Numbered from the stretch's first letter, positions 11,198 through 21,801 are shown. The stretch: DNA of 56,746 nt from Acidobacteriaceae bacterium (GCA_049587035.1 JBAVDD010000093.1:1-56746), one strand, 5' to 3'. Notes: a model not told the origin generated them from the sequence alone. Numbers and translations are program-made.

Positions 11198-12247
11198 TCA
11201 GCCCTCAACCCCAGCCAGCGCCGTTGCATCCACCAGCGGCTTAGCCTGCGTTCCGAGCAGCTCAATCGAACGCAGCATCTGTTCGTGTTTCAGCGTTCCG
11301 CCACTCATCATGAAGCTGAACCGGGATACGCCTCCGAGAGCATCACTAACAGCGTGCATCTTCCGCGCAACGAGCTCAGGATCTCCAACAAAGAAAGCCC
11401 CACCTTCAGACCTCTGCGCGTCAAACGCGGCACGCGTGGGTGGCGGCCAGCCACGCTCGCGCCCAATGCGGGTAAAGGTGGTGGCGTAGGGGGGCCAGAG
11501 GGTGTCCGCAGCCTCCTGGGTTGAGTCCGCGAGGAAACCGATGGCGTGTACGGCTACGTCAAGGGATTCGGGTGCGTGGCCGGCGCGGCGGCCTGCCTCG
11601 CGATACAAGTCGACGAGCGAGCGAAAGCGATGAGGTTCACCGCCGATGATCGCGACGGTTAGCGGAAGGCCAAGCAGGCCAGCGCGGGCGAAGGACTGCG
11701 GAGTTCCACCGGCTCCGAGGCGAATGGGCAGTTGCGCCTGTAGCGGCCGCGGCCAGACACCTTGTCCGGTAAGCGAGGCACGGTGTTTGCCCTGCCACTC
11801 GACGCGGGTCTCGTCACGGAGCTTCAGCAGCAGGTCTAGCTTCTCGGAGAAGAGCTCGTCGTAGTGTTTGGTGTCGTAGCCGAAGAGCGGGTAGGACTCG
11901 ATGAATGAGCCGCGTCCTACGATGATCTCGGCGCGACCCTGCGAGATGAGGTCGAGCGTGGCGAAGTCCTGGAAGACGCGGACTGGATCGTCGGAGCTTA
12001 GGACGGTGACTGCGGAAGTTAGGCGGATGTTGGTGGTGCGCGCGGCCGCGGCGGCTAACAGGACTGCGGGCGAAGAGGCGATGTACTCTTCGCGGTGGTG
12101 TTCGCCGATGCCGTAGATGTCTACGCCTGAGCGATCAGCTAGTTCGATCTCCTCAAGGAGATCGCGGACGCGCTGGGAGCCTAGTTCGGCGGGGGATTGG
12201 TTGGAGCCGAGGACGGTCTCCACGAAGCTGTCGATACCTACTTGCAT
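11198..12247 (-). CDS. Luciferase-like (LLM class) flavin-dependent oxidoreductase
   Basis: GIGEHHR, LTSAVTVLSSDDPVRVFQDFATLDLIS, GRGSFIES. Confidence 0.92.
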   Translation of the reverse strand: MQVGIDSFVETVLGSNQSPAELGSQRVRDLLEEIELADRSGVDIYGIGEHHREEYIASSPAVLLAAAAARTTNIRLTSAVTVLSSDDPVRVFQDFATLDLISQGRAEIIVGRGSFIESYPLFGYDTKHYDELFSEKLDLLLKLRDETRVEWQGKHRASLTGQGVWPRPLQAQLPIRLGAGGTPQSFARAGLLGLPLTVAIIGGEPHRFRSLVDLYREAGRRAGHAPESLDVAVHAIGFLADSTQEAADTLWPPYATTFTRIGRERGWPPPTRAAFDAQRSEGGAFFVGDPELVARKMHAVSDALGGVSRFSFMMSGGTLKHEQMLRSIELLGTQAKPLVDATALAGVEG

Positions 12248-12416
12248 GATGTGGATTGGATGATTGGGTTGGAGATGGGACTCATCGTGTCCAGAGGAGC
12301 CTTTTGGCCCGAACGAGCCCACCTCAACGCCGAATCGTCCTCCCGGGCCACGCGAAGCCGGCCGCCGTCCGCTAGGACCCGTGTTCCAATAGAGAGGTAA
12401 AGGATCCTACGAACTC

Positions 12417-13517
12417 ATGCCTCTGAACTGCGGAATCGTCGGGCTGCCGAACGTCGGCAAGTCCACCATCTTCAACGCGCTTACTGCTGCCGAAGCACAG
12501 GCGGCGAACTACCCGTTTTGCACCATCGATCCGAACGTTGGCATTGTGCCGGTTCCAGACGCGCGCATGGACCGCATTGTGACCATGGTGAAGCCGCACT
12601 CGATTGTGCCGACCACGATGGAGTTTGTGGACATCGCCGGGATTGTAGAGGGAGCGAGCAAGGGCGAAGGCCTTGGCAACCAGTTCCTCTCACACATTCG
12701 TCAGACGGACGCGATCCTACATGTGGTGCGCTGCTTTGAGGATCCGGAGGTGATCCACGTTGCGGGCGGCGTGAATCCGATGAACGACATCGAGATCATC
12801 AACACTGAGCTGCTCCTGGCGGATCTGGACACAGTGGAGAAGCGGCTCTCCAAGTCGGAGAAAGCGGCCAAGAGCCCCAGCGCGACCGCGGCGCAGAAGA
12901 GTGAGTTGAGCGCGGTTCGCAAGCTCCATGAAGCGCTGGGCGCGGGCAAACCGGCGCGAACGGTAGAGCTGGCGGATGATGAGAAGGTTCCGGCGCGGGA
13001 CTTGTTTTTGATCACGTCGAAGCCGCAGCTTTATGTGGCGAACGTGGATGAAGCGGGCATTGCGGATGGCAATGCGTACACCAAACTGGTGGAGCAGCGT
13101 GCTGCGGAAGAGGGCAGCGAGGTGGTGCGAATCTGCGGCGCGATGGAGGCAGAGATCTCTCAGCTTGAGCCCGCGGAGCGCGTCGAATTTTTGGAGGCTG
13201 CGGGACTACATGAGCCGGGGTTGAACCGGCTGATCCATGCGGCCTACCGGCTGCTGGGTTTGATTACGTACTTCACGTCGGGTGTTCAGGAGGTTCGCGC
13301 TTGGACGATTAAGCGCGGGACGAAGGCTCCCGGAGCCGCGGGCGTGATCCACTCGGACTTCGAGCGCGGCTTCATCAAGGCCGACTGCTACGCCTGCGAA
13401 GACCTCTTCCGCCTCGGCAGCGAGCAGGCAGTAAAAGAAGCAGGCCTCCTCCGCTCCGAAGGCAAGGAGTACGTAGTAAAGGACGGCGACATCCTGTTCT
13501 TCAAGTTCAACGTGTAA
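12417..13517 (+). CDS. ychF: Redox-regulated ATPase YchF
   Basis: [40 protein letters not shown]. Confidence 0.97.
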   Translation: MPLNCGIVGLPNVGKSTIFNALTAAEAQAANYPFCTIDPNVGIVPVPDARMDRIVTMVKPHSIVPTTMEFVDIAGIVEGASKGEGLGNQFLSHIRQTDAILHVVRCFEDPEVIHVAGGVNPMNDIEIINTELLLADLDTVEKRLSKSEKAAKSPSATAAQKSELSAVRKLHEALGAGKPARTVELADDEKVPARDLFLITSKPQLYVANVDEAGIADGNAYTKLVEQRAAEEGSEVVRICGAMEAEISQLEPAERVEFLEAAGLHEPGLNRLIHAAYRLLGLITYFTSGVQEVRAWTIKRGTKAPGAAGVIHSDFERGFIKADCYACEDLFRLGSEQAVKEAGLLRSEGKEYVVKDGDILFFKFNV

Positions 13518-14127
13518 GCGACAATCTCTCCAAATGTGGTGCGTGATATGCAGGCTTGCTCGGATCGAATGGAGCCCATGTCACGTCGTAATGATGAATG
13601 ACGGTGGCTTTCTTCGATCTTGGAAACGAGTAGACGCTCAGCTCACCTTCGATAGCAGAACTGTGTGTATACAAAACCAGCAACGGTTTCGACCCGGAAC
13701 GATCGATCATCAAGGATTCCGCACTGGTGGAGAGAATCAACTCCAACTTAGACCCGTGGCGGCGGAATACCTGCAGAATGCAGTTTCCAGTACCTCCGCA
13801 CTGATCCACACCGAATCCTCCCGTAATCAGCTCTGGAACCCCATCTCCGTCGAGATCAGCCCATTGGTAGCTTTCGTCGGAGGCCAGGTCAAATAATTCC
13901 GCATCACCAGTGTCACCGAAGAAATCCTTATCGGGCCGCATCGAATCGACGATATCGTCCGTGATCTCTACCAGAAAATCATGGTTAATCTTCATCTGCC
14001 GAATGATCGGTCTCCGGTAGAAGTCATGATCCATCTGGCGCCACTGCCAGTGGAAAGGTTTGTGATCAACCGCAGCAGTGTTGATAGCAAACACGCAGAG
14101 GGCTGTGGCGATCGCGAGAAACTTCAT
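13507..14127 (-). CDS. Hypothetical secreted protein
   Basis: MKFLAIATALC signal peptide; DLDGDGVPEL Ca-binding-like loop; CGGTGNC; overlaps ychF end by 11 nt. Confidence 0.7.
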   Translation of the reverse strand: MKFLAIATALCVFAINTAAVDHKPFHWQWRQMDHDFYRRPIIRQMKINHDFLVEITDDIVDSMRPDKDFFGDTGDAELFDLASDESYQWADLDGDGVPELITGGFGVDQCGGTGNCILQVFRRHGSKLELILSTSAESLMIDRSGSKPLLVLYTHSSAIEGELSVYSFPRSKKATVIHHYDVTWAPFDPSKPAYHAPHLERLSLTR

Positions 14128-14245
14128 GCGGGCGAGCATATAGCACCGGCTGCACGCGCATGGAACTAGATATGTGTCGTGCGAGGTACGTGTTTTGTCT
14201 TCGGAGGTCCGTACGAGGAGTTCTTGCCGCAAACTAAGGATAGAT

Positions 14246-15373
14246 ATGGCGAAGAAGAAGTTGCGCGTAGGTGTGTTGTTTGGCGGCAGGAGCGGCGAGC
14301 ATGAGGTGTCGCTGCGGTCGGCGCGGTCGATTTTGAAGGCGATCGATCGCAAGAAGTATGACGTGGTGGAGTTGGGGATCAGCCAGGAGGGGCGCTGGCT
14401 GGGCAGTGGAGCGGCGCAGGCGATGCTGGCGGCTGAGGCTGTGGGTAGGGGCGAGGAGACTGCAGAGCTTTCGATAGTGGCCGCGGCCGGGGAGCCGGGA
14501 GCGGGGACTGGCCTGGACGTCGTGTTCCCAGTGCTGCATGGGACATTTGGTGAAGACGGCACGGTGCAGGGGCTGTTTGAGTTGGCCGACGTAGCCTATG
14601 TGGGGTCTGGCGTGCTGGGCTCCGCGGCGTCCATGGATAAGGATGCGATGAAGCGGATGTTTGTAGCTGCCGGGTTGCCGCTTACGCCGCACGTTACACT
14701 TCTGCGAAGCGAGTGGAAGGCTGATCCGAAGAAAGCTACGCGCGCGATCGAGAAGGCGCTGCGTTACCCGGTGTTTGTGAAGCCGGCAAATCTTGGGAGT
14801 TCGGTGGGGATCAGCAAGGTGAAGACGCGGAAGGATCTCGCTGCGGCGATGGATTTGGCTGCGAGTTTCGACCGCAAGATTGTGATTGAAGAGGGCGTGG
14901 GTGGACCGGGCGTGAAGCCGCGTGAGTTGGAGGTTGCGGTGCTGGGAAATGACGCGCCCGAGGCCAGCGTGGTGGGCGAGATTGTGCCGGCGAAGGAGTT
15001 CTATGACTATGAGGCGAAGTACGAGCTGAGTGGGCCTGATGAGAGTGTTTGCATGATTCCCGCGAAGCTGAGCGCGGCGGATGTGAAGAAGATTCGTGCG
15101 ATGGCCGTCGCGGCCTTCAAAGCTTGCGATTGCGCGGGATTGGCGCGGGTGGATTTTTTGATGGCCCCTGCAGTGAAGGGGCGTGGCGGAAAGGTGAAGC
15201 CCGCAGAGATTGTGCTGAACGAGGTGAATACCATGCCGGGGTTTACGTCGATCAGTATGTACCCGAAGCTGTGGGCCGCGAGCGGGTTGGCGTACTCGAC
15301 GTTGATTGACCGGCTGATTGAGCTGGCGATGGAGCGGCACAGGGAAAAGATGGAGACGAGCTTCTCGCGGTAG
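14246..15373 (+). CDS. ddl: D-alanine--D-alanine ligase
   Basis: GGRSGEHEVS, LHGTFGEDG, GSSVG, FYDYEAKY, NEVNTMPG. Confidence 0.96.
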   Translation: MAKKKLRVGVLFGGRSGEHEVSLRSARSILKAIDRKKYDVVELGISQEGRWLGSGAAQAMLAAEAVGRGEETAELSIVAAAGEPGAGTGLDVVFPVLHGTFGEDGTVQGLFELADVAYVGSGVLGSAASMDKDAMKRMFVAAGLPLTPHVTLLRSEWKADPKKATRAIEKALRYPVFVKPANLGSSVGISKVKTRKDLAAAMDLAASFDRKIVIEEGVGGPGVKPRELEVAVLGNDAPEASVVGEIVPAKEFYDYEAKYELSGPDESVCMIPAKLSAADVKKIRAMAVAAFKACDCAGLARVDFLMAPAVKGRGGKVKPAEIVLNEVNTMPGFTSISMYPKLWAASGLAYSTLIDRLIELAMERHREKMETSFSR

Positions 15374-15429
15374 GGCGTCGGGGGAGTTGCGCATTAGCGC
15401 TTGCGGGCAAGAGGCTTAAGATAGAGACA

Positions 15430-16659
15430 ATGAGTTCGACGACAACTTCGCTTACCTTGACGGACATTCTTGCAGCACGCGACCGGATTGGCGCTGCGGT
15501 GTACCGCACGCCGTGTACGCGGTCCGAGATGCTCTCACGCATGACCGGACTAAACGTTTTTTTGAAGTTGGAAAACCTGCAGATGACGGGCAGCTTCAAG
15601 GAGCGCGGCGCGCTGAACAAGATCGCGATGCTCACGCCGGAGCAGGCTAAGCACGGCGTCGTAGCCGCGAGCGCGGGCAACCATGCGCAGGGCGTGGCGT
15701 ACCACGCGACGCGGCGGGGGATTCGCGCGGTGATCGTGATGCCGCTGACGACTCCGCTGGTGAAGGTGACGGCCACACGCGGGTTTGGCGCGGAGGTGGT
15801 GCTGCACGGCGGCAACTACGACGAGGCTTGCAGTGAGGCTGTGCGGATCTGCGAGGCGGAGGGCATGACGTTCATCCATCCGTTCGATGATCCGCTGGTA
15901 ATGGCGGGGCAGGGGACGATTGGCCTCGAGATTTTGGAGCAGGTGGAAGACCTGGAGGCCGTGGTGGTGCCGATTGGCGGCGGCGGCCTGATTGGCGGCA
16001 TTGCGTGCGCGGTGAAGGAGATGAAACCGAGCATGCGCGTGATCGGCGTGCAGACGTCGCGGCTGCCCTCGATGCGCGATGCCATCGAGGCGCACCATCC
16101 TGTCACACTGGAGCCGGCGACGACCATTGCCGACGGCATTGCGGTGCGGCGCGCGGGTGAGGTCACCTTTCCCGTCGTCGCACGGTATGTGGATGAGATT
16201 GTTACGGTCGACGAAGATGAGATCGCGAGCTCCATTCTTACGTTGCTGGAGCGGGAGAAGACGCTGGCAGAAGGCGCGGGCGCTACCGCGCTGGCGGCGC
16301 TGCTGCAGCGTCGGACGAGTCTCACTGAGGGCATGCGCACGGCTGTGCTGGTGTGCGGCGGCAACATCGATGTCACGCTTCTAAGCCGGATTATCGAGCG
16401 CGGCCTGGTGCAGGACGGACGCTTGATCCGGCTGCGGATTCATCTGCTGGATAAGCCCGGTGCGCTTACCGAGTTGACGACACTGATTGCGGCGCATCGC
16501 GTGAACATTGTGGACACGCTGTATAACCGCGCGTACTACGGCGTGAACCTTGGTGATACCGCCATCGACATTACGATGGAGACGCGCGGGCGCGAGCAGG
16601 TGGAGGAGTTGCTTGCAGCCATGAGCAACGCGGGATACAAGTACAGCCGCGTGCTGTAG
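15430..16659 (+). CDS. ilvA: Threonine ammonia-lyase with C-terminal ACT domain (IlvA/TdcB family)
   Basis: GSFKERGA, SAGNHAQG, PIGGGGLI, GGNID, DKPGAL ACT motif. Confidence 0.9.
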   Translation: MSSTTTSLTLTDILAARDRIGAAVYRTPCTRSEMLSRMTGLNVFLKLENLQMTGSFKERGALNKIAMLTPEQAKHGVVAASAGNHAQGVAYHATRRGIRAVIVMPLTTPLVKVTATRGFGAEVVLHGGNYDEACSEAVRICEAEGMTFIHPFDDPLVMAGQGTIGLEILEQVEDLEAVVVPIGGGGLIGGIACAVKEMKPSMRVIGVQTSRLPSMRDAIEAHHPVTLEPATTIADGIAVRRAGEVTFPVVARYVDEIVTVDEDEIASSILTLLEREKTLAEGAGATALAALLQRRTSLTEGMRTAVLVCGGNIDVTLLSRIIERGLVQDGRLIRLRIHLLDKPGALTELTTLIAAHRVNIVDTLYNRAYYGVNLGDTAIDITMETRGREQVEELLAAMSNAGYKYSRVL

Positions 16660-16784
16660 GTCTTGGTCCTGTGCGGACGGCGGGAGGCGCTTCGAGCGGG
16701 AAGTGCTGCGGGTTTGGGGGAATCTGGGTCGTTATTCTCCAAAGGTAACGTTACTCGCGATACTTAACGCAGAGGCGTTTTTCA

Positions 16785-17345
16785 TTGGGGAGATTTTGGG
16801 CCGCGATTCTGGTTTTGGGGTTGGGTATTGGGTGTGGAAGCGCCAACGCGCAGATGGGCCTTTACGCGATGGGGAGCGGTGGGTTCCTGGGGTCGGTGAC
16901 GGCTTCGAGCGGGTCGCTGGTGTTCTCGCAGAACAGCTTGTCGGCTTACGGCGGAACGTTTGGTTTCTATGACACGCTGGCGCGCCTTGGGCCGGTGAGG
17001 TTTGGCGGCGATGCGCGGTATGTGATCGAGTCCAGCGATGGAAGCACGCCGTATGGCAACCAGATTCGCAGCGGACTAATTGGGCCGCGCGTGGCGCTGT
17101 TCAGCCATGCTGCGCCGTTCAGTCCGTATCTTCAGTTTGAGATTGGCGGCACGAGCACGAACTACGGGCACTACGCTTCGCGCTCGAGCAGCTTTGCGTA
17201 CCAGGTGCAGTTTGGGCTGGACTATACCGTCGCACCGCACATTGACGCGCGCATCGAGTACGGCGGCGGCAAGATCGGATCGGCGTTCAACGGCTATCGG
17301 CAGGAGATGCAGCAGGTGGGCATCGGGGTCGTGGCGCGCTGGTAG
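16785..17345 (+). CDS. Outer-membrane beta-barrel protein
   Basis: Signal peptide, alternating beta strands, terminal Trp. Confidence 0.75.
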   Translation: MGRFWAAILVLGLGIGCGSANAQMGLYAMGSGGFLGSVTASSGSLVFSQNSLSAYGGTFGFYDTLARLGPVRFGGDARYVIESSDGSTPYGNQIRSGLIGPRVALFSHAAPFSPYLQFEIGGTSTNYGHYASRSSSFAYQVQFGLDYTVAPHIDARIEYGGGKIGSAFNGYRQEMQQVGIGVVARW

Positions 17346-17354
17346 TGTGTGCCC

Positions 17355-18245
17355 TTATCGCGAGCCCGCTCCCATGAGAATGAGGGAGCGCTGGGCAAAG
17401 GGTGAGTAGACGAGGAAGGTCATGCAGCCCAGCGCCAGGCCGTAGTTGATGTGGTGGAGCAAGAGAAACGGGGAGAGAGCCCAAAGCACATCCAACGGCA
17501 GGATGAGCGGCCAGAGTTTGCGATACTTGTCGCGGAATCCTGGCGCATAGAACAAAGCTGCGCACAGAAGAAAGGTGCGTACCGGGATCAGCAGGGCCGC
17601 GGTCACGATCATCAAGAGGAAGACCTGCGCTGCGTGTGGCAGTGGCGACATCAGCTCGTTGATCTCGACGAGGTTCGCGAGAGCGCCAATGTAGAACCCC
17701 AGGTACATGGCCTGCAACAGTAGAAAGAGCGTCTGCACTACGGCGTGCGAGCTGTGGGGCAGATCGTCTGGCGTGGAGAGCACGCGGTCGAATAATCCGG
17801 CTCGTGCGGCGGGAGCGGGAGCGGCGAGTTCGTTGAAGGGTGGGAGCTCACGCGGACTGATCTCGTCCGGCGCGATGCGTTCCACAGGGGCTAGAAAGCG
17901 ATACCCTCGACGGGCGAGAGTTTCGACAAACCGCGGCTGGCTGGCTTTGTCGCCGAGGGCGTCGCGCAGGCGGTTGATCGCCGAGTTCAAGCCATGCTCG
18001 TAGTCCACGAAGGTTCCGCCGGGCCATAGCTCGCGGCATATCTCTTCGCGGGTCAGCATCTCGCCGGGACGTTCCAGTAACAGGAAGAGGACCTGGAACG
18101 GCTGCGCGTGCAGCTTCACCCGCACCCCTTTGCGGCGCAGCTCCCCGGTGGCTGAGTCCGCCTCGAAGACACCGAAGCGATACCGCGCAGGGGGGCGAAG
18201 CGCGGACGTGCTCGGGTTAGGCGTTGGTGAGTGCTGCTCGGGCAT
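17355..18245 (-). CDS. Membrane-anchored winged-helix (CadC/Trans_reg_C-type) regulator
   Basis: YRFGVFE, KLHAQPFQVL, LNSAINRLRDALGD, ETLARRGYRF, then about 4 TM helices. Confidence 0.88.
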   Translation of the reverse strand: MPEQHSPTPNPSTSALRPPARYRFGVFEADSATGELRRKGVRVKLHAQPFQVLFLLLERPGEMLTREEICRELWPGGTFVDYEHGLNSAINRLRDALGDKASQPRFVETLARRGYRFLAPVERIAPDEISPRELPPFNELAAPAPAARAGLFDRVLSTPDDLPHSSHAVVQTLFLLLQAMYLGFYIGALANLVEINELMSPLPHAAQVFLLMIVTAALLIPVRTFLLCAALFYAPGFRDKYRKLWPLILPLDVLWALSPFLLLHHINYGLALGCMTFLVYSPFAQRSLILMGAGSR

Positions 18246-18419
18246 TCGTAGTCTCGGGCGTTCGTAGTGTAGTGTAGCGGATTCGACCTCCTACTCCGGG
18301 TCTGCGCTGCCGGTGAGAACTTTCGGCAAGCAATGTATTTTCTGTGGCTTGCGCCGTGAGGAACAAACACTCTCGGGTGAGTTCTGTTGCATTGCATCGG
18401 CCTGCGGTTTGCGGTCAGG

Positions 18420-19262
18420 ATGCAGTCCATGAAGACTCGTCGAATTACCTCCTCCCGCAGAATCTCCATGGTGATCGCGGTACTGCTCTTTCTGGACGGC
18501 CCGCGCCTGCTGATGGCGGAGCCTACGCGCGCAGCCGTCGCGGCGTTCAGCGCATATTGCCGAGCGGTGGAAGCGCGACTGGCGCAACAGCATCGGTCCT
18601 CTGGCACGTTCATCATGCTGGCGAGCGGCGACCCTCAGCAAGAGCGGTCGCGCCTGCGGCAGGGCGAGCTCGTCGTGGAGGAAGTTTCTGAACAGGCTGC
18701 GCGACCGGCTGACGCCGCTCTCTCGGGAGCGATGTTGCGCCACTGGCGTGGGACTGCCTTCGTCCGCGGGGCCACGCCGGCCGACTTTGAACGTCTGATG
18801 CGCGACTTCGATGCGTATCCGAAGTACTTCGCTCCGCAGGTGCTTGCGGCCAAGACGCTTTCGACTAACCGCGATGATTCGCATGCATGGATGCGCGTGC
18901 GTCAGCGCCACGTGATCACTGTGGTGATGGATTCGACGTATGACATCACCTATGGCCAGCTCGATGCACGGCACGGTTACAGCATCTCGCGCAGCACGCG
19001 GATCGATGAGATGGAAGCGGCTGGCGACGGAAGTGAGCGCGCGCTCAGCTCGGAGGAGGAGCATGGATTTCTGTGGCGGCTGAACACGTACTGGAGCTAC
19101 GAAGAACGCGACGGCGGGCTCTATTTGCAGATTGAATCTGTGTCGCTCTCGCGCTCCATTCCGCGTGGTCTGGGGTGGGCTATCGGTCCGTTTGTCGAGA
19201 GCGTTCCGCGCCAGTCGCTTGAGTTCACGCTGCGATCCGCTTGCAACGCTCTGCGCAGGTAA
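18420..19262 (+). CDS. Hypothetical exported protein, possible START/SRPBCC-like fold
   Basis: Signal-like N-terminus; DFDAYPKYFAPQV pattern and long C-terminal helix; the fold is inference; start uncertain. Confidence 0.7.
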   Translation: MQSMKTRRITSSRRISMVIAVLLFLDGPRLLMAEPTRAAVAAFSAYCRAVEARLAQQHRSSGTFIMLASGDPQQERSRLRQGELVVEEVSEQAARPADAALSGAMLRHWRGTAFVRGATPADFERLMRDFDAYPKYFAPQVLAAKTLSTNRDDSHAWMRVRQRHVITVVMDSTYDITYGQLDARHGYSISRSTRIDEMEAAGDGSERALSSEEEHGFLWRLNTYWSYEERDGGLYLQIESVSLSRSIPRGLGWAIGPFVESVPRQSLEFTLRSACNALRR

Positions 19263-19305
19263 TGCGCGAGCGCAGACCAACTCCACGCACTACGAAAGGA
19301 TAACA

Positions 19306-20046
19306 ATGCAACCCTCCGCGATTTCTGTAAAGGAAACGACGACGTTCACCCCCGCCCGCCGCGTGCACCAGGCGCTCACAGCTGCGCTGGAGAAGCGCGC
19401 TCTTCAGTGGATGGCCGCGCGCGCGCCGCGCTGGCTCAGCTCCGATCAACTCACTCTGCTCGGGTTCGGCGCGCAACTCGGCGCCGGAGTTTGCTACGCC
19501 CTCTCGCGTTATCATCGCAGCGCATTGCTGGCGGTGATCGTGTGCCTGGCCCTCAACTGGCTGGGCGACAGCATGGACGGAACGCTGGCGCGCGTTCGCT
19601 GTCAGCAGCGCCCACGCTATGGGTTCTACGTGGATCACATGGTCGACGTCTTCGGCGCGGTGGCTTTGATGTGCGGCCTCGGGCTCTCAGGCTACGTGCA
19701 CTGGCAGATAGCACTGGCTATGTTGATCGCCTTCCTGATCCTCGCCTGCGAAAGCTACCTGGCTACGTATACGCTTTCGCACTTTCAGCTCTCGCAAGGT
19801 CTGTTCGGGCCCACGGAGATACGGCTTCTGCTGATCGCCGGGAACTTGGCGCTGCTGCGCAGTCCGTATGCGAATGTCTTCGGACATCGGGTACTGCTGT
19901 TTGATTTAGGGGGCGCCGTCGCGACGGTCTGCATGGTGGCGATGGCGGTGTTGCTGACGCTGCGGCACACGGCGCTGCTGTATTGCGAGGAACCACTGTG
20001 GAATCGCGAAGAGCCACTGCAAGATCACGAGGAGCCTCTGCAGTGA
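19306..20046 (+). CDS. CDP-alcohol phosphatidyltransferase family protein
   Basis: DSMDGTLARVR...YGFYVDHMVD signature; GAAGGA SD before ATG. Confidence 0.9.
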   Translation: MQPSAISVKETTTFTPARRVHQALTAALEKRALQWMAARAPRWLSSDQLTLLGFGAQLGAGVCYALSRYHRSALLAVIVCLALNWLGDSMDGTLARVRCQQRPRYGFYVDHMVDVFGAVALMCGLGLSGYVHWQIALAMLIAFLILACESYLATYTLSHFQLSQGLFGPTEIRLLLIAGNLALLRSPYANVFGHRVLLFDLGGAVATVCMVAMAVLLTLRHTALLYCEEPLWNREEPLQDHEEPLQ

Positions 20047-20450
20047 GCCCCATCCTCCGCTGGTGCAGGTTCAACCTGGTTGGCGCGATGGGTATGGTTG
20101 TACAGCTTGGTTTGCTGGCGGTGTTCAGTCGTCTGCTGCGCGGCCACTATCTCTGCGCTTCGGCTGCGGCAGTCGAGCTCACTCTGCTGCATAACTTCAC
20201 ATGGCACGTGCACTACACGTGGCGCGACCGCGGGGACAGTTCCTCCCGCTTGCAACAGTTGGTGCGGTTTCATCTATCGAACGGCGCAGTCTCGATGCTG
20301 GGCAACCTTGTGCTTATGCGGCTGCTGGTGGAGACCGCGAGGGTGCCCTTGCTGCTGGCGAATCTGGCTGCCATCCTGTGCTGTTCGGTCGCGAACTACC
20401 GCCTGGGAGATGGCTGGGCGTTCACTGCCCGGACACGGCAAGGAGTGTGA
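20043..20450 (+). CDS. GtrA-family (flippase-like) membrane protein
   Basis: RFNLVG, HNFTWHVHYTWRD, NYRLGDGWAF; GTGA overlap with upstream stop. Confidence 0.85.
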   Translation: MSPILRWCRFNLVGAMGMVVQLGLLAVFSRLLRGHYLCASAAAVELTLLHNFTWHVHYTWRDRGDSSSRLQQLVRFHLSNGAVSMLGNLVLMRLLVETARVPLLLANLAAILCCSVANYRLGDGWAFTARTRQGV

Positions 20451-20651
20451 GTCTCGGCATAATCTGGACAACTACACCATAAGTTGCCACCGTAAGCTGT
20501 TTGCTTTCAATACTGCTGATTTCGTCTTTTACGATCGTTTTCAACCTAACCTGGCCACGGCTGACAAAACCGCAGCATATCTTGGCCTTGGCTGACATCG
20601 GCGAGCATGTTGCTCACATAAACCACTCATAATCAATGTGTATCCGTGAGC

Positions 20652-21116
20652 CTATTCAGCGGATACGAGTTTGTTGAGGCGATCGACGTTGCCGCGACGC
20701 GCCATAGGCCAAGTCAACGTCAACCGTGCGCCGCCTTCGATCCGATTCGCTGCAGTGACAGTGCCCCCATGAGCCTTAACCACGGCTTGCACGAAAGCAA
20801 GTCCGACACCATACCCACCCGACTCGCGACCCTTGATGTGTTACTCAAAGACGTTTGGTCCGATCTCCCATGGGTAGCCGGGACCATCATCTTCCACAAT
20901 CAGCGTTGCAAAGTCACTACCAGCCACAGGCGAGACACACACAGTACAAGGAGCGGGCAGGTGTTTTAATTCGTTGTCGAGAAGATTGGCGATGACCCGA
21001 TGCAGCAGAGCAGCATCCGCATTGATCTTGACCGGCCCTGGACTGCGAATTTGCAATTTCAACCCCTTGTCAGACATACACGGTTCGTCGAGATCCACCA
21101 TCGCTCGGATCGTCAT
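20652..21116 (-). pseudogene. Sensor histidine kinase HATPase_c remnant
   Basis: NLLDN and EDDGPG, in-frame TAA at 20841-20843, then the same frame continues GYGVGLAFVQAVVKAHGGTV; no 5' sensor/HisKA part. Confidence 0.85.
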
Positions 21117-21165
21117 CTCTTGTCGCCTTTCTACAATGCTTTCAAGGCCGTCTAAGATTCAGATA

Positions 21166-21801
21166 ATGCCAACTGCCAAGCTACTCGCGCCCACTCCCAC
21201 CGGTTCCAGATTCAAGATTGTTCTCTGGGCCGCGCTCGGTCTCATCACGCTCTTTGTCTTCATTACTTCAGAAGTGCTCCTCGTCACCGACTATCCGATG
21301 TACCACGCCTACCGTCTGCAGGTCATTACCGACCGCCATCTCCTCATCCCGCATACACTCGCCGGAACCCTCGCACTTTTGATCGGGCCCATCAATTTCT
21401 CCTCGCGAATCCGCCAGCGCCACCTCCAACTCCATCGCATTCTTGGCCGCATCTACGTCCTCGCCGTGTTTGTCGGTTCCTTCACGGGGATCGCGCTCGC
21501 AGCCGGCCGTCCGGGTCTTCCCGGAACCTCCATGCAGGCGGCCGCCTGGATGGTCTGCACAACCGCCGCTTTCGTCACTGCGCGCAACCGCCAGATCGTC
21601 GCTCACCGCCAATGGATGGCCCGCTCCTATGCCGTCACATTTACATTCGTCTCCAGCCGTGTCCTCAATCTATGGCCCCGATACTGGGCCCACTTGGGCG
21701 ACTCCTTCGCCGCTGTCGGCGTGATCGCCTTCACCCTCGCCTCCCTTCTTATCGTCGAACTCGGTCTCAACTGGCGCGAGCTCACCAGCCGTCGCGACTG
21801 A
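21166..21801 (+). CDS. DUF2306-like membrane protein
   Basis: LHRILGRIY, HRQWMARSYA, multiple TM segments. Confidence 0.8.
   Translation: MPTAKLLAPTPTGSRFKIVLWAALGLITLFVFITSEVLLVTDYPMYHAYRLQVITDRHLLIPHTLAGTLALLIGPINFSSRIRQRHLQLHRILGRIYVLAVFVGSFTGIALAAGRPGLPGTSMQAAAWMVCTTAAFVTARNRQIVAHRQWMARSYAVTFTFVSSRVLNLWPRYWAHLGDSFAAVGVIAFTLASLLIVELGLNWRELTSRRD

Noticed and set aside
20447..20600. AT-richer spacer with a possible IS end or island-border motif and a short TGGCCnnGGCTGACA direct repeat
   Set aside because: No matching second end, transposase, integrase or target duplication found by eye.
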